Part shown: positions 1 through 9,853 of the stretch, in pieces | Numbering within the stretch: the first letter of the stretch is position 1 | How the letters are laid out: each line of letters starts with the position of its first letter | DNA from: an uncultured Oscillospiraceae bacterium | GTDB taxonomy: Bacteria > Bacillota > Clostridia > Oscillospirales > Oscillospiraceae | Assembly (NCBI GenBank): GCA_947626585.1 | Contig: CANQSU010000001.1 | Location: 11,768 to 75,767, forward strand | DNA length: 64,000 nucleotides | Direction of reading: 5' to 3' | Notes under the pieces: model-generated | The model's input: only the letters and a program-made list of their open reading frames with translations | Database searches by the model: none | Told to the model about the DNA's origin: nothing | Made by a program: the position numbers and the translations under genes

Positions 1-1651
1 ATTCGTTGGACGGTACGATATGGTCCTTCGCCAGGACCTGGTAGTCCAGGAGGCCGAACTCGGAGTCAAAGCCGTAGCGTTCCACATATTGGAGCAGCAT
101 GTTCGTGGCCTGGGTGATGTCGTTGCTGGCGCCGGTGGTCGGCGTCCCGAATTTTATTTCTTCGGATGCCCGGCCGGCGTAGGCGATCGTGACCTGCTTC
201 TGGAAGTCCTTTTGGGTCATGAACACGGACTCTTTGTCCGCGCCGAACACCGCTCCGCCAACGCCGGAGACCGTGCTTTGGATGCTGGCGCGTGAGATCG
301 GTTCGCCCATGAGCCACGTCATGACAGCGTGGCCGGCCTCGTGATAGGCGATGACCCGGCGGTCCTTCTCAAACTGCTCACGCTTGGAGCGGTTGCCCTT
401 GAAGATCTTCTTGTCGATGGCCTCTTCCAGGGCTTTCGCGTCGACGAATTCCGCGTTGTTCATCATGGCGATGATGCCGGCCTCGTTGCAGATCGCGGCG
501 ATGTCGGCGCCGGTGAAGCCGGGCGTCTGCAGGGCCAGGTTCTTGATGTCCAGGGCCGGGTCGATCTTGAGCGGTGCCAGGTAGTGCTTGAACAGGTCCG
601 CGCGGACTTTCCAGTCCCGGGGCGGGTTGACGGTAACCTGCCGGTCAAAACGTCCGGGGCGGACCAGGGCCTCGTCCAGTTTGTCGGCGCGGTTCGTGGC
701 GGCGATGACGAAGATCCCGGAACGGGACTCGAAGCCGTCCATCTGTTCCAGGAGGGCGTTGATGGTCTGCTCGTGTTCGGAGCTGGATTTGGCGCTGTCA
801 CGGGCGATGCCCACGGCGTCGATCTCGTCGATGAAGATCACGCAGGGAGCATTTTTCCGGGCCAGCTCGAACAAGTCGCGGACGCGGCGGGCACCCATGC
901 CGACGTACATTTCAATAAAAGCGGAGCCGGACTGTTCGATGAAGGGCACGCCGGCCTCGCCGGCGATGGCTTTGGCCAGCAGGGTCTTTCCTGTGCCGGG
1001 AGGGCCCTGGAGCAATAATCCCTTGGGGACCTTGGCACCGATGGCCTCGCCTTTCTTCGGGTCCTTCATCAGGTCCACGATAAACCTCAGATCCTCGATG
1101 ACCTCGTCCTGCCCAATGACGTCGGAGAATTTCACGTCACTGGTCTTGAGCAGGGCCTTTTTGTTTTTATCTGACAACATGCCCAGCGGGCCGCTGCGGA
1201 GCATCGCCATGAGCATGATGAGCATGAACACGGTGAAGAAGATGCTGAGCAGGTTCATGACCAGGTCTACGATGTTCTCGTTGTCGACCTGGGTGATCGT
1301 TGCCCCGCTCTCCAGGACGTCCTTCCGGAACTCTTCGTAAGCGGGGTATTTGACCAGTTTCTGATCTTCAATGGGGTACTGGTACTGCTGGCGTTCTTCC
1401 TCGGTCATATTTTTCGTCTCGTCGTTGAAGAACGTGACGGTCATGTACTCGTTGGCCTTGTTGTAGTAGACCGTGTCCACCTCGCCGGCGGCCAGCGCCT
1501 TTTCAAAGTCCGGATAGGACATGAATTCCGGCATTTCCTGGTTAAAGTTGTGCATGGCGCTTTGGATGAGGAAGATCCCGATGACGCAGACCAACACGCA
1601 GAGCCACATGTTCCGCTTGTTGTTGAAGAATTTTTCGAATTTGCCTCTCAT
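1..1651 (-). CDS. ftsH: FtsH-like membrane AAA+ zinc metalloprotease (3' end of the gene runs off the window start)
   Basis: My own minus-strand translation from ATG at 1651 (GGAGAC upstream). Absent from the ORF track because there is no stop in the window. Two TM segments, Walker A GPPGTGKT, Walker B CVIFIDEIDAVG, IAATNRADKLDEALVRPGRFDRQV, zinc site AYHEAGHAV. Confidence 0.9.
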   Translation of the reverse strand, partial: MRGKFEKFFNNKRNMWLCVLVCVIGIFLIQSAMHNFNQEMPEFMSYPDFEKALAAGEVDTVYYNKANEYMTVTFFNDETKNMTEEERQQYQYPIEDQKLVKYPAYEEFRKDVLESGATITQVDNENIVDLVMNLLSIFFTVFMLIMLMAMLRSGPLGMLSDKNKKALLKTSDVKFSDVIGQDEVIEDLRFIVDLMKDPKKGEAIGAKVPKGLLLQGPPGTGKTLLAKAIAGEAGVPFIEQSGSAFIEMYVGMGARRVRDLFELARKNAPCVIFIDEIDAVGIARDSAKSSSEHEQTINALLEQMDGFESRSGIFVIAATNRADKLDEALVRPGRFDRQVTVNPPRDWKVRADLFKHYLAPLKIDPALDIKNLALQTPGFTGADIAAICNEAGIIAMMNNAEFVDAKALEEAIDKKIFKGNRSKREQFEKDRRVIAYHEAGHAVMTWLMGEPISRASIQSTVSGVGGAVFGADKESVFMTQKDFQKQVTIAYAGRASEEIKFGTPTTGASNDITQATNMLLQYVERYGFDSEFGLLDYQVLAKDHIVPSNE

Positions 1652-1663
1652 TGTCTCCAAGTT

Positions 1664-1840
1664 TTATCCCTCCTCCTTGTCGTCACGGTGTTCCATTTGT
1701 TTTTGGCGGTTCCTGTCATATTTTGTTTTGTCCTTGAAAACGGCGGGCCTCGGCATGGGTTCCCGGGATGCCGTCCGCTTTATCATATCCAGTGTTGCCC
1801 TGTATTTTTCCGCAGGGCGGCGGTGCTGCCGTCTGCCCAT
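1664..1840 (-). CDS. small basic protein (58 aa), unknown function
   Basis: Internal ATG of track ORF 1664..2122, preceded by AGGAGG. The upstream part of that ORF is an Arg/Gly-rich shadow of 1867..2307. Confidence 0.35.
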   Translation of the reverse strand: MGRRQHRRPAEKYRATLDMIKRTASREPMPRPAVFKDKTKYDRNRQKQMEHRDDKEEG

Positions 1841-1866
1841 GTCCGGGCCTCCTTCCGTGTTTATTT

Positions 1867-2307
1867 TTAATTCCTGAGTACCAGGAGGGCCGCGACGATG
1901 TATGTCGCGCCCTTGGTGCAACCGTAGATCGTGTAGAGCAGGTCCATGTCCGCGTCGGATCCCAGGTCCCCCTGGGCCTTCAGGATCTGTGCCGCGGCAC
2001 CGAACCCGAAGCCGACGAGGACGACGGCCACGGGGACCAGCAGGGACCAGGGGAGCCGCGCGACGGCGCCCAGGGCCATGAACCCCGCGTATATCGCCAC
2101 GGCCATACGGTCGTAGACGCATTGTCGGTATAACTTGCCGAAGGGCGTCCCTGACGGGGGCAGGCTGCCCGTATTTTTATACTGGGTCCAGAAGTGGACG
2201 AACATGGGGAAGCGTTCGTCCATCTGCCGCTGGACCGGCCCCGTCATGATCTCGTAAACGGCACAGAAGAACAGCGGCAGGGCCGGAATGATGTATTGTT
2301 CGTTCAC
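1867..2307 (-). CDS. multi-pass membrane protein, unknown function
   Basis: Track ORF with several hydrophobic helices (LPLFFCAVYEI, VAIYAGFMALGAV, LLVPVAVVLVGFGFGAAA) and normal composition. Confidence 0.6.
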   Translation of the reverse strand: MNEQYIIPALPLFFCAVYEIMTGPVQRQMDERFPMFVHFWTQYKNTGSLPPSGTPFGKLYRQCVYDRMAVAIYAGFMALGAVARLPWSLLVPVAVVLVGFGFGAAAQILKAQGDLGSDADMDLLYTIYGCTKGATYIVAALLVLRN

Positions 2308-2324
2308 GGTTTCGTATCACCCCT

Positions 2325-2690
2325 TCAATCACATGACATGATGTCGCTTTCGTAGGCGGCCCGTTTCAGCTCCGCGTTTTTATAGACGACGCGGCGCAGC
2401 TCGTCCCCGGAAAGTTTGGGCCAGTCGACGGGCTCCATCGCCGTCAGGACGCCGTCCAGGAGGTCGTACAGTGAGAACCGGGGGTCGTCCTCGGCGAGCA
2501 TGGCCTGGGCGACCCGGTGGACGAAGTTCTTCCACGGCCGCCACAGGTGCGGGTTTTTGTTCATCCCGTTTTCGAGCCAGATGGACAGGGCCGTGGCCGT
2601 CTCAGATATCTCCACGCGGCGGCTGGTCTCCAGGTTCGGGTCCTGGGCCAGGCGGTCCATTTGCTTATTCTTATCCCAGTTCCAGAACAT
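2325..2690 (-). CDS. hypothetical protein
   Basis: Track ORF with balanced composition, packed against its neighbours. No family recognised. Confidence 0.55.
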   Translation of the reverse strand: MFWNWDKNKQMDRLAQDPNLETSRRVEISETATALSIWLENGMNKNPHLWRPWKNFVHRVAQAMLAEDDPRFSLYDLLDGVLTAMEPVDWPKLSGDELRRVVYKNAELKRAAYESDIMSCD

Positions 2691-2691
2691 A

Positions 2692-3204
2692 TCACGCCTC
2701 CTCGCAGCCGTTTACGTCCGTGGCCTCAGGGGACATCCATATGGCGTCCATCAGGACGGCTGTGTCACTCATGGCGTTGGCCTGCTCCATGGCTTTGGAT
2801 TCCGAGGCGGCGTGCACGCGGAGCGTCCCGGCCATGGCCACGGTGACGTCGTAAGGCGTGCCGTTCTCGTTGGACGGTGCCGTGCTGCGCGCCCTGAGCC
2901 ATCCGAGGATCCGTGCGGGGAACACGCCGCTCTCGTTGGCGGCGGCGCAGGACTCGGATTTCAGGATTGTGTCCAGGAACTCGGCGTCGGGGCTGTTTGC
3001 GGGGATATGGAACAGCGCGCGGATCTGGTTCGCGGCGGCCGTCTGGATCTGGTAAAGTCCGCCCATGACGTTCTGCTTATCATTGCTTCCGTCCACTTCC
3101 AGGCCGATGCGCTGGAGCGTGTCGATCATCTGTTCGGCGTGGTAAAAGGACCTCCAGGCCTCCGTCGCGAGGTCCCTGGTGATCTTATCATCATAGATGC
3201 GCAT
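2692..3204 (-). CDS. hypothetical protein
   Basis: Track ORF 2692..3249 trimmed to the MRIYDD start behind a GAGGAGGG RBS. Confidence 0.55.
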   Translation of the reverse strand: MRIYDDKITRDLATEAWRSFYHAEQMIDTLQRIGLEVDGSNDKQNVMGGLYQIQTAAANQIRALFHIPANSPDAEFLDTILKSESCAAANESGVFPARILGWLRARSTAPSNENGTPYDVTVAMAGTLRVHAASESKAMEQANAMSDTAVLMDAIWMSPEATDVNGCEEA

Positions 3205-3226
3205 GTTTGGCACCCTCCTCTCTTTT

Positions 3227-3979
3227 TCAGGTGTTGTCTTTCCTGGCAATGGGCTGCCAGAGGTTCAGCATTTTGCTGGAAAGCTCCAGGAGTTCCGCGG
3301 GGCGGACGAACTCCGTGTCGCCGACCATGTCAACGCGCCAGGGCTTCGAGAAGTCGACGATGGCGCCGGGGATCGAGACGACGCCCTGGACCTCATCATT
3401 CCAGCCGCGCCAGGTGAACGAGTTGGGGTCTCCCGGGTCGGGGACGACGACAAGTCTGCCGGGGTTGGCCTGGCAGAACTCGTCCAGCGTGTCCGCGTCC
3501 GTCGGTCCCTGGATGGACAGGGCCATCAGGACGTGCGCGGCGGGCCAGGAGCGGCGGATCGCGTCGCTGAAATAAGTCCCGTCCATGAGCTCCGGGTAGT
3601 TTTCCCTCACGGCGTCCGGGACGGCGCCGTTCCTGCGGAGCACGACGATCCCGGCGGTGCCGGCGTCGCCGACGGTGTTGATGATGGAGGTGTACGCCTC
3701 GGGAACGTTGATGGAGAGGTCCGCGATCTTCTCCGCAATGGCCTCCACGACCTGGTTGAACGGGGCCTGGCGCATGTACTGGATGTAGTCCGCGTCGGCG
3801 AGCTTCGTGTTCGCGGCTTTCTCATAGGCGGGGTCGTTGAAGTCGTCCCACGCCTCGCCGCAGTAAAATACGGGTTTCATGGCGTTCGCTTCGTCCTGAT
3901 CCGGCGTGGGGCCGATGGTGAGGGCCTGTGTTACAAGGCCAAGGGACGCGATGCTCTGTGTCACAATGTCGGTCTGCAT
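3227..3979 (-). CDS. hypothetical protein
   Basis: Track ORF 3227..4051 trimmed to the MQTDIV start behind an AAGGAG RBS. Confidence 0.55.
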   Translation of the reverse strand: MQTDIVTQSIASLGLVTQALTIGPTPDQDEANAMKPVFYCGEAWDDFNDPAYEKAANTKLADADYIQYMRQAPFNQVVEAIAEKIADLSINVPEAYTSIINTVGDAGTAGIVVLRRNGAVPDAVRENYPELMDGTYFSDAIRRSWPAAHVLMALSIQGPTDADTLDEFCQANPGRLVVVPDPGDPNSFTWRGWNDEVQGVVSIPGAIVDFSKPWRVDMVGDTEFVRPAELLELSSKMLNLWQPIARKDNT

Positions 3980-3995
3980 GGCAATTCTCCTTTCT

Positions 3996-4784
3996 TTATT
4001 CAGGCATCCGGACCAATTTGCGGATCCGGTAGTCCGGGTTCTGCTGTTCATAGTCGATGGCCGAACGCTCGTCGCGGAACGATTTCTTGAAGTCGTAATC
4101 GTAGACGCTGTCGCTGTTTTTGCCGCCGGCGTCCCAATTCTCGAACACGGCCCAGAATTCAGAGGATTCCGGCTTTTTCGCGGCCATGGCGGTGACGGCC
4201 CGGAACAGCTTTAGGAACCGGACGTCGAGGCTGGCGCCGAAGCGCAGGATGTCTATATCGGATTCCAGGCCCAGGCTTACGATCCGGTCGTGGGCCACAT
4301 GGAAGACGGAGCGGTACCGGCAGTGGTCCCCGGTGGACGCGGCGTCGACGAGGGCGCGGTACAGGCTCCAGAACTCGCTGTTCTTGTCGTTCTTCAGGTT
4401 CGGGCGGGCCATAAGGACGCTGCGCTTCCATTCGCCGAGCTCCTTCACGGCTGCCATGTAGTCGAAATGCACGAGCGCTCCGATGTTTGCGGGCCGGTAG
4501 CTGGTGATCTCGGACAGGTCGTCCAGGGTCATCTCGGCGAGCGCCTGGGGCGTCTTGTCCTGGAACCAGTCGAATGAGACGGCGTTTTCACCGGCCTCGA
4601 TGCGGACCCGGTGCGGGTCGCGGAAGGACAGTTCAGCGAGGATCTCGCTGTTATTTTCGAGTGTCCAGACGCGGAGGTGCTCCGTCCGCGTGTGCCGGAG
4701 GACGGCTTTGTCAAGGTTGCCGTCGTCCGCGAGCGGGTCCAGGCGTTCTCTCATAATATCGGCCACAAGTTTCGTATGGCTCAT
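3996..4784 (-). CDS. hypothetical protein
   Basis: Track ORF with an AGGAGG RBS and protein-like composition. No family recognised. Confidence 0.6.
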   Translation of the reverse strand: MSHTKLVADIMRERLDPLADDGNLDKAVLRHTRTEHLRVWTLENNSEILAELSFRDPHRVRIEAGENAVSFDWFQDKTPQALAEMTLDDLSEITSYRPANIGALVHFDYMAAVKELGEWKRSVLMARPNLKNDKNSEFWSLYRALVDAASTGDHCRYRSVFHVAHDRIVSLGLESDIDILRFGASLDVRFLKLFRAVTAMAAKKPESSEFWAVFENWDAGGKNSDSVYDYDFKKSFRDERSAIDYEQQNPDYRIRKLVRMPE

Positions 4785-4796
4785 AGTTTCTTCCTC

Positions 4797-5105
4797 CTAT
4801 GGGTTTGGGATGTACCGGTCCCGGGGCGGGTCGGCGTCTGTGACGAGGGCGCTGATGATCTGGTCGACCGTCTCGTAGCTGTCGGCCCATAGGGTGACGC
4901 CCCCATGGTCCCGGATCTTCTTGGCAACGGCGCGCTGCAGCGCCGTCGGCCTTTCCCCGGGCTTTTTGAGTTCCACGTACCAGGAGCGGCCGCCGTATAG
5001 CAGCAGACGGTCCGGGATGCCGTTCAGGCCGGTTTGTTTCGTGATGAATATGTTGTGCTGTTTGCATAGATTGAACAGCCTGTCTTCCACGGACGATTCC
5101 TTCAT
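4797..5105 (-). CDS. VRR-NUC family PD-(D/E)xK nuclease
   Basis: 102 aa. GIPDRLLLY ... WYVELKKPGERPTALQ matches the VRR-NUC core pattern (G-x-PD ... E-x-K ... Q). Confidence 0.7.
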   Translation of the reverse strand: MKESSVEDRLFNLCKQHNIFITKQTGLNGIPDRLLLYGGRSWYVELKKPGERPTALQRAVAKKIRDHGGVTLWADSYETVDQIISALVTDADPPRDRYIPNP

Positions 5106-5683
5106 AGTTTACCACCGTCCTCCGCGTTTGTAAACGTCAAAGCGTGTTCGTAGGCCTCCTGGTAGGTGGGCCATTTGATCACGTCGCCGTCCCGGACTTC
5201 GACGGCCCCGACGTGGGCATAGTAGTGTTCGCCGCCCGGGAACTTCGTGACCCGGATGTCGGACCGGCCGTAGCTTGGAAAAGAGAACCCGTCCCGGTCA
5301 GCGAAAGCGACGACCGGGGCGGGCAGGTGCGGGCACCAGCCGCCGTTGTCGTTGACATATATCGGGCCGGATCTCAGGGCGTCTACCTGGGACGACAGGA
5401 TGGTGCTGCTGATGTCCATTACGGACTGGATCGGCGAGATACCGCGGTTCGCCGCATGGTACCAGATGGCCTGGGACAGCGGCATTTCTTTCGGGTTTGG
5501 GCCGTGGTCCGGCGTTTGGGAATTAAATTCTTTCCCGTAAAGGATGTTCTGGAATGCCCGGCCGTAGGTGCCGTTATGGTGTTCGTGCCAGGCCAGCAGG
5601 CATTCCAGGGTGTCGATCTTGAGCCACCAGCCGCCAACCGTGTTTAATCTGCAGAACACGAAGCGGCGCTTCGGGGCGGTCAC
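5102..5683 (-). CDS. hypothetical protein
   Basis: Track ORF. Its GTG start overlaps the stop of the upstream RNase H gene (GTGA), which suggests translational coupling. Confidence 0.55.
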   Translation of the reverse strand: MTAPKRRFVFCRLNTVGGWWLKIDTLECLLAWHEHHNGTYGRAFQNILYGKEFNSQTPDHGPNPKEMPLSQAIWYHAANRGISPIQSVMDISSTILSSQVDALRSGPIYVNDNGGWCPHLPAPVVAFADRDGFSFPSYGRSDIRVTKFPGGEHYYAHVGAVEVRDGDVIKWPTYQEAYEHALTFTNAEDGGKL

Positions 5684-6315
5684 AGTCCCACGGCGGCCTT
5701 GGCCATGTAGTCCGCCTTCTCGTTGCCGGGGATTCCGGTGTGCGCCGCGACTTTTACGAATTCCAGGTCGATCTTGTCGGCCAGGCTCGCGACGTGTTCG
5801 GCGTACTTGATCGTGTACGGCTTGTTTGCCTGCCAGTCGCCAACGGCCCAGGCCCTGATCCCCTCGTAGTCGTAGTAGATGGTGAGGCGCCTGAGGCCGA
5901 GGTCCACGGCCAGATCCATGGCGGCCTGTGCTCCCAAAATTTCGCCGGCGACGTTGCGCATGGAGATCAGGTCCTGGTCTTCGGTGCTGCCGGAGAGCGG
6001 CATCTCCCTGCCGTCTGGAAGGACCAGGAATCCGCCGAAACCGGAAATCTTGGTCTTCGGGTTGTAAGACCCGTCCACGAAGGCGTAGGGCGGTTTCAAC
6101 TGGACGGGGTCCGTGACGGGTTTTGCCGCGGGCTTTTTACCGGCGGACGCGACGTCCTTGCCGTGCAGCCAGTCGAGCGCCTCGTCCTCCGTGACGAAGG
6201 ACTTGAATTTTGCCCCGGGATAGCCGTCGACCTGGGCCTTGCAGTCGTCCCAGGTGTAATAGATGCCGGGCGCGTAGCCTACGCGGACGGCGTAAAACTT
6301 CTGTTTCATCTTCAT
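5680..6315 (-). CDS. rnhA: RNase HI with N-terminal hybrid-binding domain
   Basis: N-terminus FYAVRVGYAPGIYYTWDDCKAQVDGYPGAKFKSF is the RNase H1/caulimovirus-type hybrid-binding domain (HBD). C-terminal half has the RNase H acidic residues (FVDGSY, AGEILG, HTGIPGNEKADYMA). Confidence 0.85.
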   Translation of the reverse strand: MKMKQKFYAVRVGYAPGIYYTWDDCKAQVDGYPGAKFKSFVTEDEALDWLHGKDVASAGKKPAAKPVTDPVQLKPPYAFVDGSYNPKTKISGFGGFLVLPDGREMPLSGSTEDQDLISMRNVAGEILGAQAAMDLAVDLGLRRLTIYYDYEGIRAWAVGDWQANKPYTIKYAEHVASLADKIDLEFVKVAAHTGIPGNEKADYMAKAAVGL

Positions 6316-6332
6316 GTTTCCTGGTCTCCTTT

Positions 6333-7007
6333 CTATTCCTGAAGTTCCCTGACCTGCTTTTTGAGTTCCCTGGCCAGGTTGTCCTCCGGGAGCCTGGTGC
6401 GCACGGGCAGGATGTAGCGTTCGGAATCGGGATCGCCGCCCGCGGCGCCGATGGAGGCGATTCGGACGGGGTCGTAATACTGGTCCGAGATGCTCAGGAC
6501 CACCGGCGGCATGAGCGGTCCGGCGTTGGCCTGCAGGGAGCGGGCGGCCGTGGCCAGCTTGAACGGGTTGATGCCGATGTGCAGCATCTGGGCGTCCGGC
6601 TTCCTGAGCTTTTCGTACACTGACTTGTAATCCTGGGGCGTTTCCGGCTGGTTCCAGAACATCGTCAGGATCTCGCTGTCCACGAAGCCGATGGCGAAGC
6701 TGATGCGCGAGTCAGAAACCCGGTACAGGTTTGCCGGCTGGTGCTTGAAATTCGATAGGCCGACCTCCGGGACGCCGACGTAGACGGAGAAGTCCTCGTA
6801 GACATCCAGGCCGGATCTTACGAATTCCCGGGCCAGTGTGTGGCCGTCGCAGGACCAGGCGGTGAGCGTGTTGGCGGCCTTGCTGCCTTCGAGGCAGATC
6901 ATGGCCTTGTTGCTCGGGAAGGCGTTTTTCTGGACAAAGGGTTTCAGGGCGTTGACGATCTTCTGGAACGTCGCCGTCTCGTGAAAATAACACAAAAGGC
7001 TTTCCAT
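6333..7007 (-). CDS. hypothetical protein, possibly a two-domain sliding-clamp-like processivity factor
   Basis: Track ORF 6333..7106 trimmed to the MESLLCYF start (GAGGTGG RBS). The pattern FQKIVNALKPFV...AMICLEGS...LTAWSCDGHTLA and INPFKLATAARSL loosely resembles beta-clamp domain starts. Function is weakly supported. Confidence 0.45.
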   Translation of the reverse strand: MESLLCYFHETATFQKIVNALKPFVQKNAFPSNKAMICLEGSKAANTLTAWSCDGHTLAREFVRSGLDVYEDFSVYVGVPEVGLSNFKHQPANLYRVSDSRISFAIGFVDSEILTMFWNQPETPQDYKSVYEKLRKPDAQMLHIGINPFKLATAARSLQANAGPLMPPVVLSISDQYYDPVRIASIGAAGGDPDSERYILPVRTRLPEDNLARELKKQVRELQE

Positions 7008-7030
7008 GGTTCCACCTCGATATAGAATTT

Positions 7031-7366
7031 TTAATCGCTGTTCTGCAGGTATGACGCGACCCAGTGCGTGCTGATGCCGTCGTCCGCGGGCCGGTTGCCG
7101 ATCCACTGGAACGAGATGCCGTTGCGCTCGAAGGCCCTGGTCGGGATCGCGTCCGGGTCAGGCGTGTCGTACGTCTTTTCGATCATGATCATGTCGAAGC
7201 TGCCCCAGGTGTAGGACTGTTCGCTTACCAGCTCCGGCTCCGGGAGTCCCGGGTCCGGCTCCTGCGCCAGCCGGAGGGCAAGGACGGCCACGGCGACGAA
7301 CAGGATGGCGACAAACACGACCAGGAGGAGCGGGTGGCGGATTTCTTCGGCGTTCTTATCGTTCAT
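7031..7366 (-). CDS. N-terminally membrane-anchored protein
   Basis: Track ORF with a single TM helix LLLVVFVAILFVAVAVLAL followed by a soluble domain. Confidence 0.6.
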   Translation of the reverse strand: MNDKNAEEIRHPLLLVVFVAILFVAVAVLALRLAQEPDPGLPEPELVSEQSYTWGSFDMIMIEKTYDTPDPDAIPTRAFERNGISFQWIGNRPADDGISTHWVASYLQNSD

Positions 7367-7370
7367 GATT

Positions 7371-7997
7371 TTAGTCCCTCGAAGCCTTCACGGCGTCCAC
7401 GAGGCCGTATTCGACGGCCTCCTCGGCGGTGAGCCAGTGGTCGCGGTCGGTGTCGACGGCGACCTGGGCGATGTCCTTGCCGGTGTTCTTGGCGATGATG
7501 CCGTTCAGGCGGTCCCTGGTGCGCTTGATATGGTCCGCGGCGATCATGATGTCGCTGGCCTGGCCCTGGGCGCCGCCGAGGGGCTGGTGGATCATGACTT
7601 CGGAGTTGGGCAGGCAGAAGCGCTTGCCCTTGGCGCCGGAGCAGAGCAGGAAGGCGCCCATGGAGGCGGCCATGCCGGTGCAGATCGTGCCGACGTCGGG
7701 CTTGATGAAGTTCATGGTATCGTAGATGCCGAGGCCGGCGGAGACGCTGCCGCCGGGAGAGTTAATATACAGCCAGATGTCGGCGTCGGGATTCTCGGAC
7801 TCCAGGAAGAGCAGCTGTGCCTTGATGATGCTGGCGGACATGTCGTTGACTTCCCCGTCCAGGAAGATAATGCGGTCCTTCATGATGCGGGAGAAGATGT
7901 CGTAGGCGCGCTCGCCGATGCTGGTCTTTTCCACAACGGTCGGGACAAGGTTCGCGGTGATGGCCGGCTGGCCATAGATGCTGGTGATGTTATACAT
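7371..7997 (-). CDS. clpP: ATP-dependent Clp protease proteolytic subunit ClpP
   Basis: Track ORF 7371..8177 trimmed to MYNITS (AGGAGA RBS). Canonical ClpP sequence with catalytic Ser in GMAASMGA, His in VMIHQP and Asp in DTDRDHW. Confidence 0.92.
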   Translation of the reverse strand: MYNITSIYGQPAITANLVPTVVEKTSIGERAYDIFSRIMKDRIIFLDGEVNDMSASIIKAQLLFLESENPDADIWLYINSPGGSVSAGLGIYDTMNFIKPDVGTICTGMAASMGAFLLCSGAKGKRFCLPNSEVMIHQPLGGAQGQASDIMIAADHIKRTRDRLNGIIAKNTGKDIAQVAVDTDRDHWLTAEEAVEYGLVDAVKASRD

Positions 7998-8013
7998 GGC
8001 TTTTCTCCTATTC

Positions 8014-8427
8014 TTATTTGTCCTCGTCGTCAAAGCAAGGATATTGTTCGTCCGGGTCGTCCCGGAAGTGTTCCCGGCACTCCGCGAGCATTTTCTGGTA
8101 CTGCTCGTCGGTGATCTCGGGGCCGGTGCTGCGCTGGCGTAGGTACGAAGGGTCGCAGACGCAGTTTTTGTACCCATATGGGCAGGTTGGCTTGTAGCGT
8201 TTTTCAGGTTCGACGATGACGCCTTCTTTTTTCAGCTCCCGTTTCGCCTTTGAGAGCAGGCTTTTATGGATGCAGTCCACGCAGGTCTTCTCGTCGACGA
8301 AGATCCGGCGGCATTTGCGCGGCGTGTCATAGCGGCAGGCGCCTTCGGCCTGCAGGCGCTGGGCGGCGATCTTCAGGGCGCGCTGTTCCAGCGTGTCGGT
8401 GCGTTTTTTAAGCATATCCGGCCTCAC
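8014..8427 (-). CDS. cysteine-rich hypothetical protein
   Basis: Track ORF with multiple Cys pairs ([16 protein letters not shown]). The start may be GTG at 8427 (GTGA overlap with the upstream stop) or ATG at 8415. Confidence 0.5.
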   Translation of the reverse strand: MRPDMLKKRTDTLEQRALKIAAQRLQAEGACRYDTPRKCRRIFVDEKTCVDCIHKSLLSKAKRELKKEGVIVEPEKRYKPTCPYGYKNCVCDPSYLRQRSTGPEITDEQYQKMLAECREHFRDDPDEQYPCFDDEDK

Positions 8428-9254
8428 TTTCCGCTGAAGTAATGGTTCCCGACCCGGAACAGGGGCGTGCCATATTTTCCGTAATGGCCGGCGGTGAAAT
8501 AGAATACGCTGTAGTCGGTGCGGTTTTCCAGTTCCTCTTTCACGAGGTTGATGAAGTAATCCGTCACGGTGCAGCGGGCGGCACGGCCGTTTTCAAACGA
8601 CGAGAACTGGTGGGCCTGGTGGATCACGGCGATGATCTCGTCGGGCCAAGAGGCGTCGTCCATGCGGTTCAGGGCTGTGTCGATGACCAGGCGCTGGCCG
8701 TACTCCGGCTCGCCCTCGGCCTCGGCGACGCACATGAGGGCCAGTTCGTAAATCTGGTCGTCGTTCATGCCGCAGGACGCGGGTTCTATTGTCTCATCGG
8801 CATATTCCTGCACGGGTTCCGTGGCTTCTGTTGTTTCCGGGGCCGTGTCGGTTACGGTTTCTTCCGGGGCCGTGTCCGGCACGGTGTTTGTCACAGTTTC
8901 CTCCGGTACGGTGTTGGCCGCGGCAGGGTCCGTTACCTGCTCCGTAGTCTGGTTTTCGTCCACGACAGTAATTATATTCGGTGCCTCACTGACGATCGTG
9001 ATGGGCGTGACGTCTTCCGGCTGTATCGGGCAGGGCTCGACGACCGGGATGTCATCCGACGTCATGGCATACACGGGATTTGCATGGAAGCTGTCGGCGA
9101 TCATGATCCCGGCAACGGCCATCATGGCAGTCGCCGCGACGGCCATGATGGCAGCCATGATGCGGCGCCGCCTGAGGGCGCGGCGTTTTGCCATCATGCG
9201 GCGGCGGTACGCGGGCGTGCTGTGCAGCGTGACCGTATAGTGTTCAACGATCAT
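8424..9254 (-). CDS. membrane-anchored cell wall hydrolase (SleB/CwlJ Hydrolase_2-like C-terminal domain)
   Basis: N-terminal basic stretch plus a TM helix (IMAAIMAVAATAMMAVAGIMI), then a Thr/Pro/Glu-rich linker. C-terminus LALMCVAEAEGEPEYGQRLVIDTALNRM...VIHQAHQFSSF matches the SleB/CwlJ-type signature. Confidence 0.72.
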   Translation of the reverse strand: MIVEHYTVTLHSTPAYRRRMMAKRRALRRRRIMAAIMAVAATAMMAVAGIMIADSFHANPVYAMTSDDIPVVEPCPIQPEDVTPITIVSEAPNIITVVDENQTTEQVTDPAAANTVPEETVTNTVPDTAPEETVTDTAPETTEATEPVQEYADETIEPASCGMNDDQIYELALMCVAEAEGEPEYGQRLVIDTALNRMDDASWPDEIIAVIHQAHQFSSFENGRAARCTVTDYFINLVKEELENRTDYSVFYFTAGHYGKYGTPLFRVGNHYFSGK

Positions 9255-9256
9255 TT

Positions 9257-9706
9257 TTATTCCTCCGGTTTTATGTATTTTTCGTAGGCTTGGATCACGG
9301 CGTCCAGACCCGTGTCCGGGTCGGCGTAGTAGGGGATCAGGATCGTCTGCCCCTGGCGGATGTAGTCGAAGCTCCGGTTCGTTTTCTGGAGCAGGTTCAC
9401 GTACTGGCGAATGTCCGTGAATTCCGGGTTCAGGACGAAGAGGTCCTTGGCGATGGACCAGTAGGTGTCCCCGGACCGGACTTCGTACTCGGCGTAGCGA
9501 AGCTCCCGGCCGTAGTCGTTCATGGCGTTGCGGTCGCTGAGCCAGTGCGCGCCGTTGGCAAGCAGGACGCCGACGGCCAGGCCCATAAGGAATATGACGG
9601 TGACCACGATGGTTTCAGCATTGCGGGAAATGAACTTCCGGACCCTGCGGGGCAGGGTAGGCGTCTGTGCGCGGCGCCCGGCGCGGACGGTCATGGATGC
9701 TTGCAT
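9257..9706 (-). CDS. membrane-anchored LysM domain protein
   Basis: Track ORF 9257..9742 trimmed to MQAS behind a TAGGAGG RBS. Has a TM helix, then the LysM motif YEVRSGDTYWSIAKDL...IRQGQTILIP. Confidence 0.72.
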   Translation of the reverse strand: MQASMTVRAGRRAQTPTLPRRVRKFISRNAETIVVTVIFLMGLAVGVLLANGAHWLSDRNAMNDYGRELRYAEYEVRSGDTYWSIAKDLFVLNPEFTDIRQYVNLLQKTNRSFDYIRQGQTILIPYYADPDTGLDAVIQAYEKYIKPEE

Positions 9707-9789
9707 TTCGTTTCCTCCTATTTTCGGTTTTCTCCGGCACACACCTATGGGCCGTGCGCGGCGCGTCAGCGACGTGCACGGCTGTTTCC

Positions 9790-9842
9790 CATAAAAACAG
9801 GAAGGCCGGACGCCCGGTTTGCGCCAGGCATCCAGCCTTTCC
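9790..9842 (-). terminator. rho-independent terminator downstream of tRNA-like element 1
   Basis: On the minus strand, an approximately 19-bp GC-rich stem (GGAAAGGCUGGAUGCCUGG / CCGGGCGUCCGGCCUUCC) is followed by UGUUUUUAU. Confidence 0.6.
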
Positions 9843-9853
9843 TTTTCTACCCT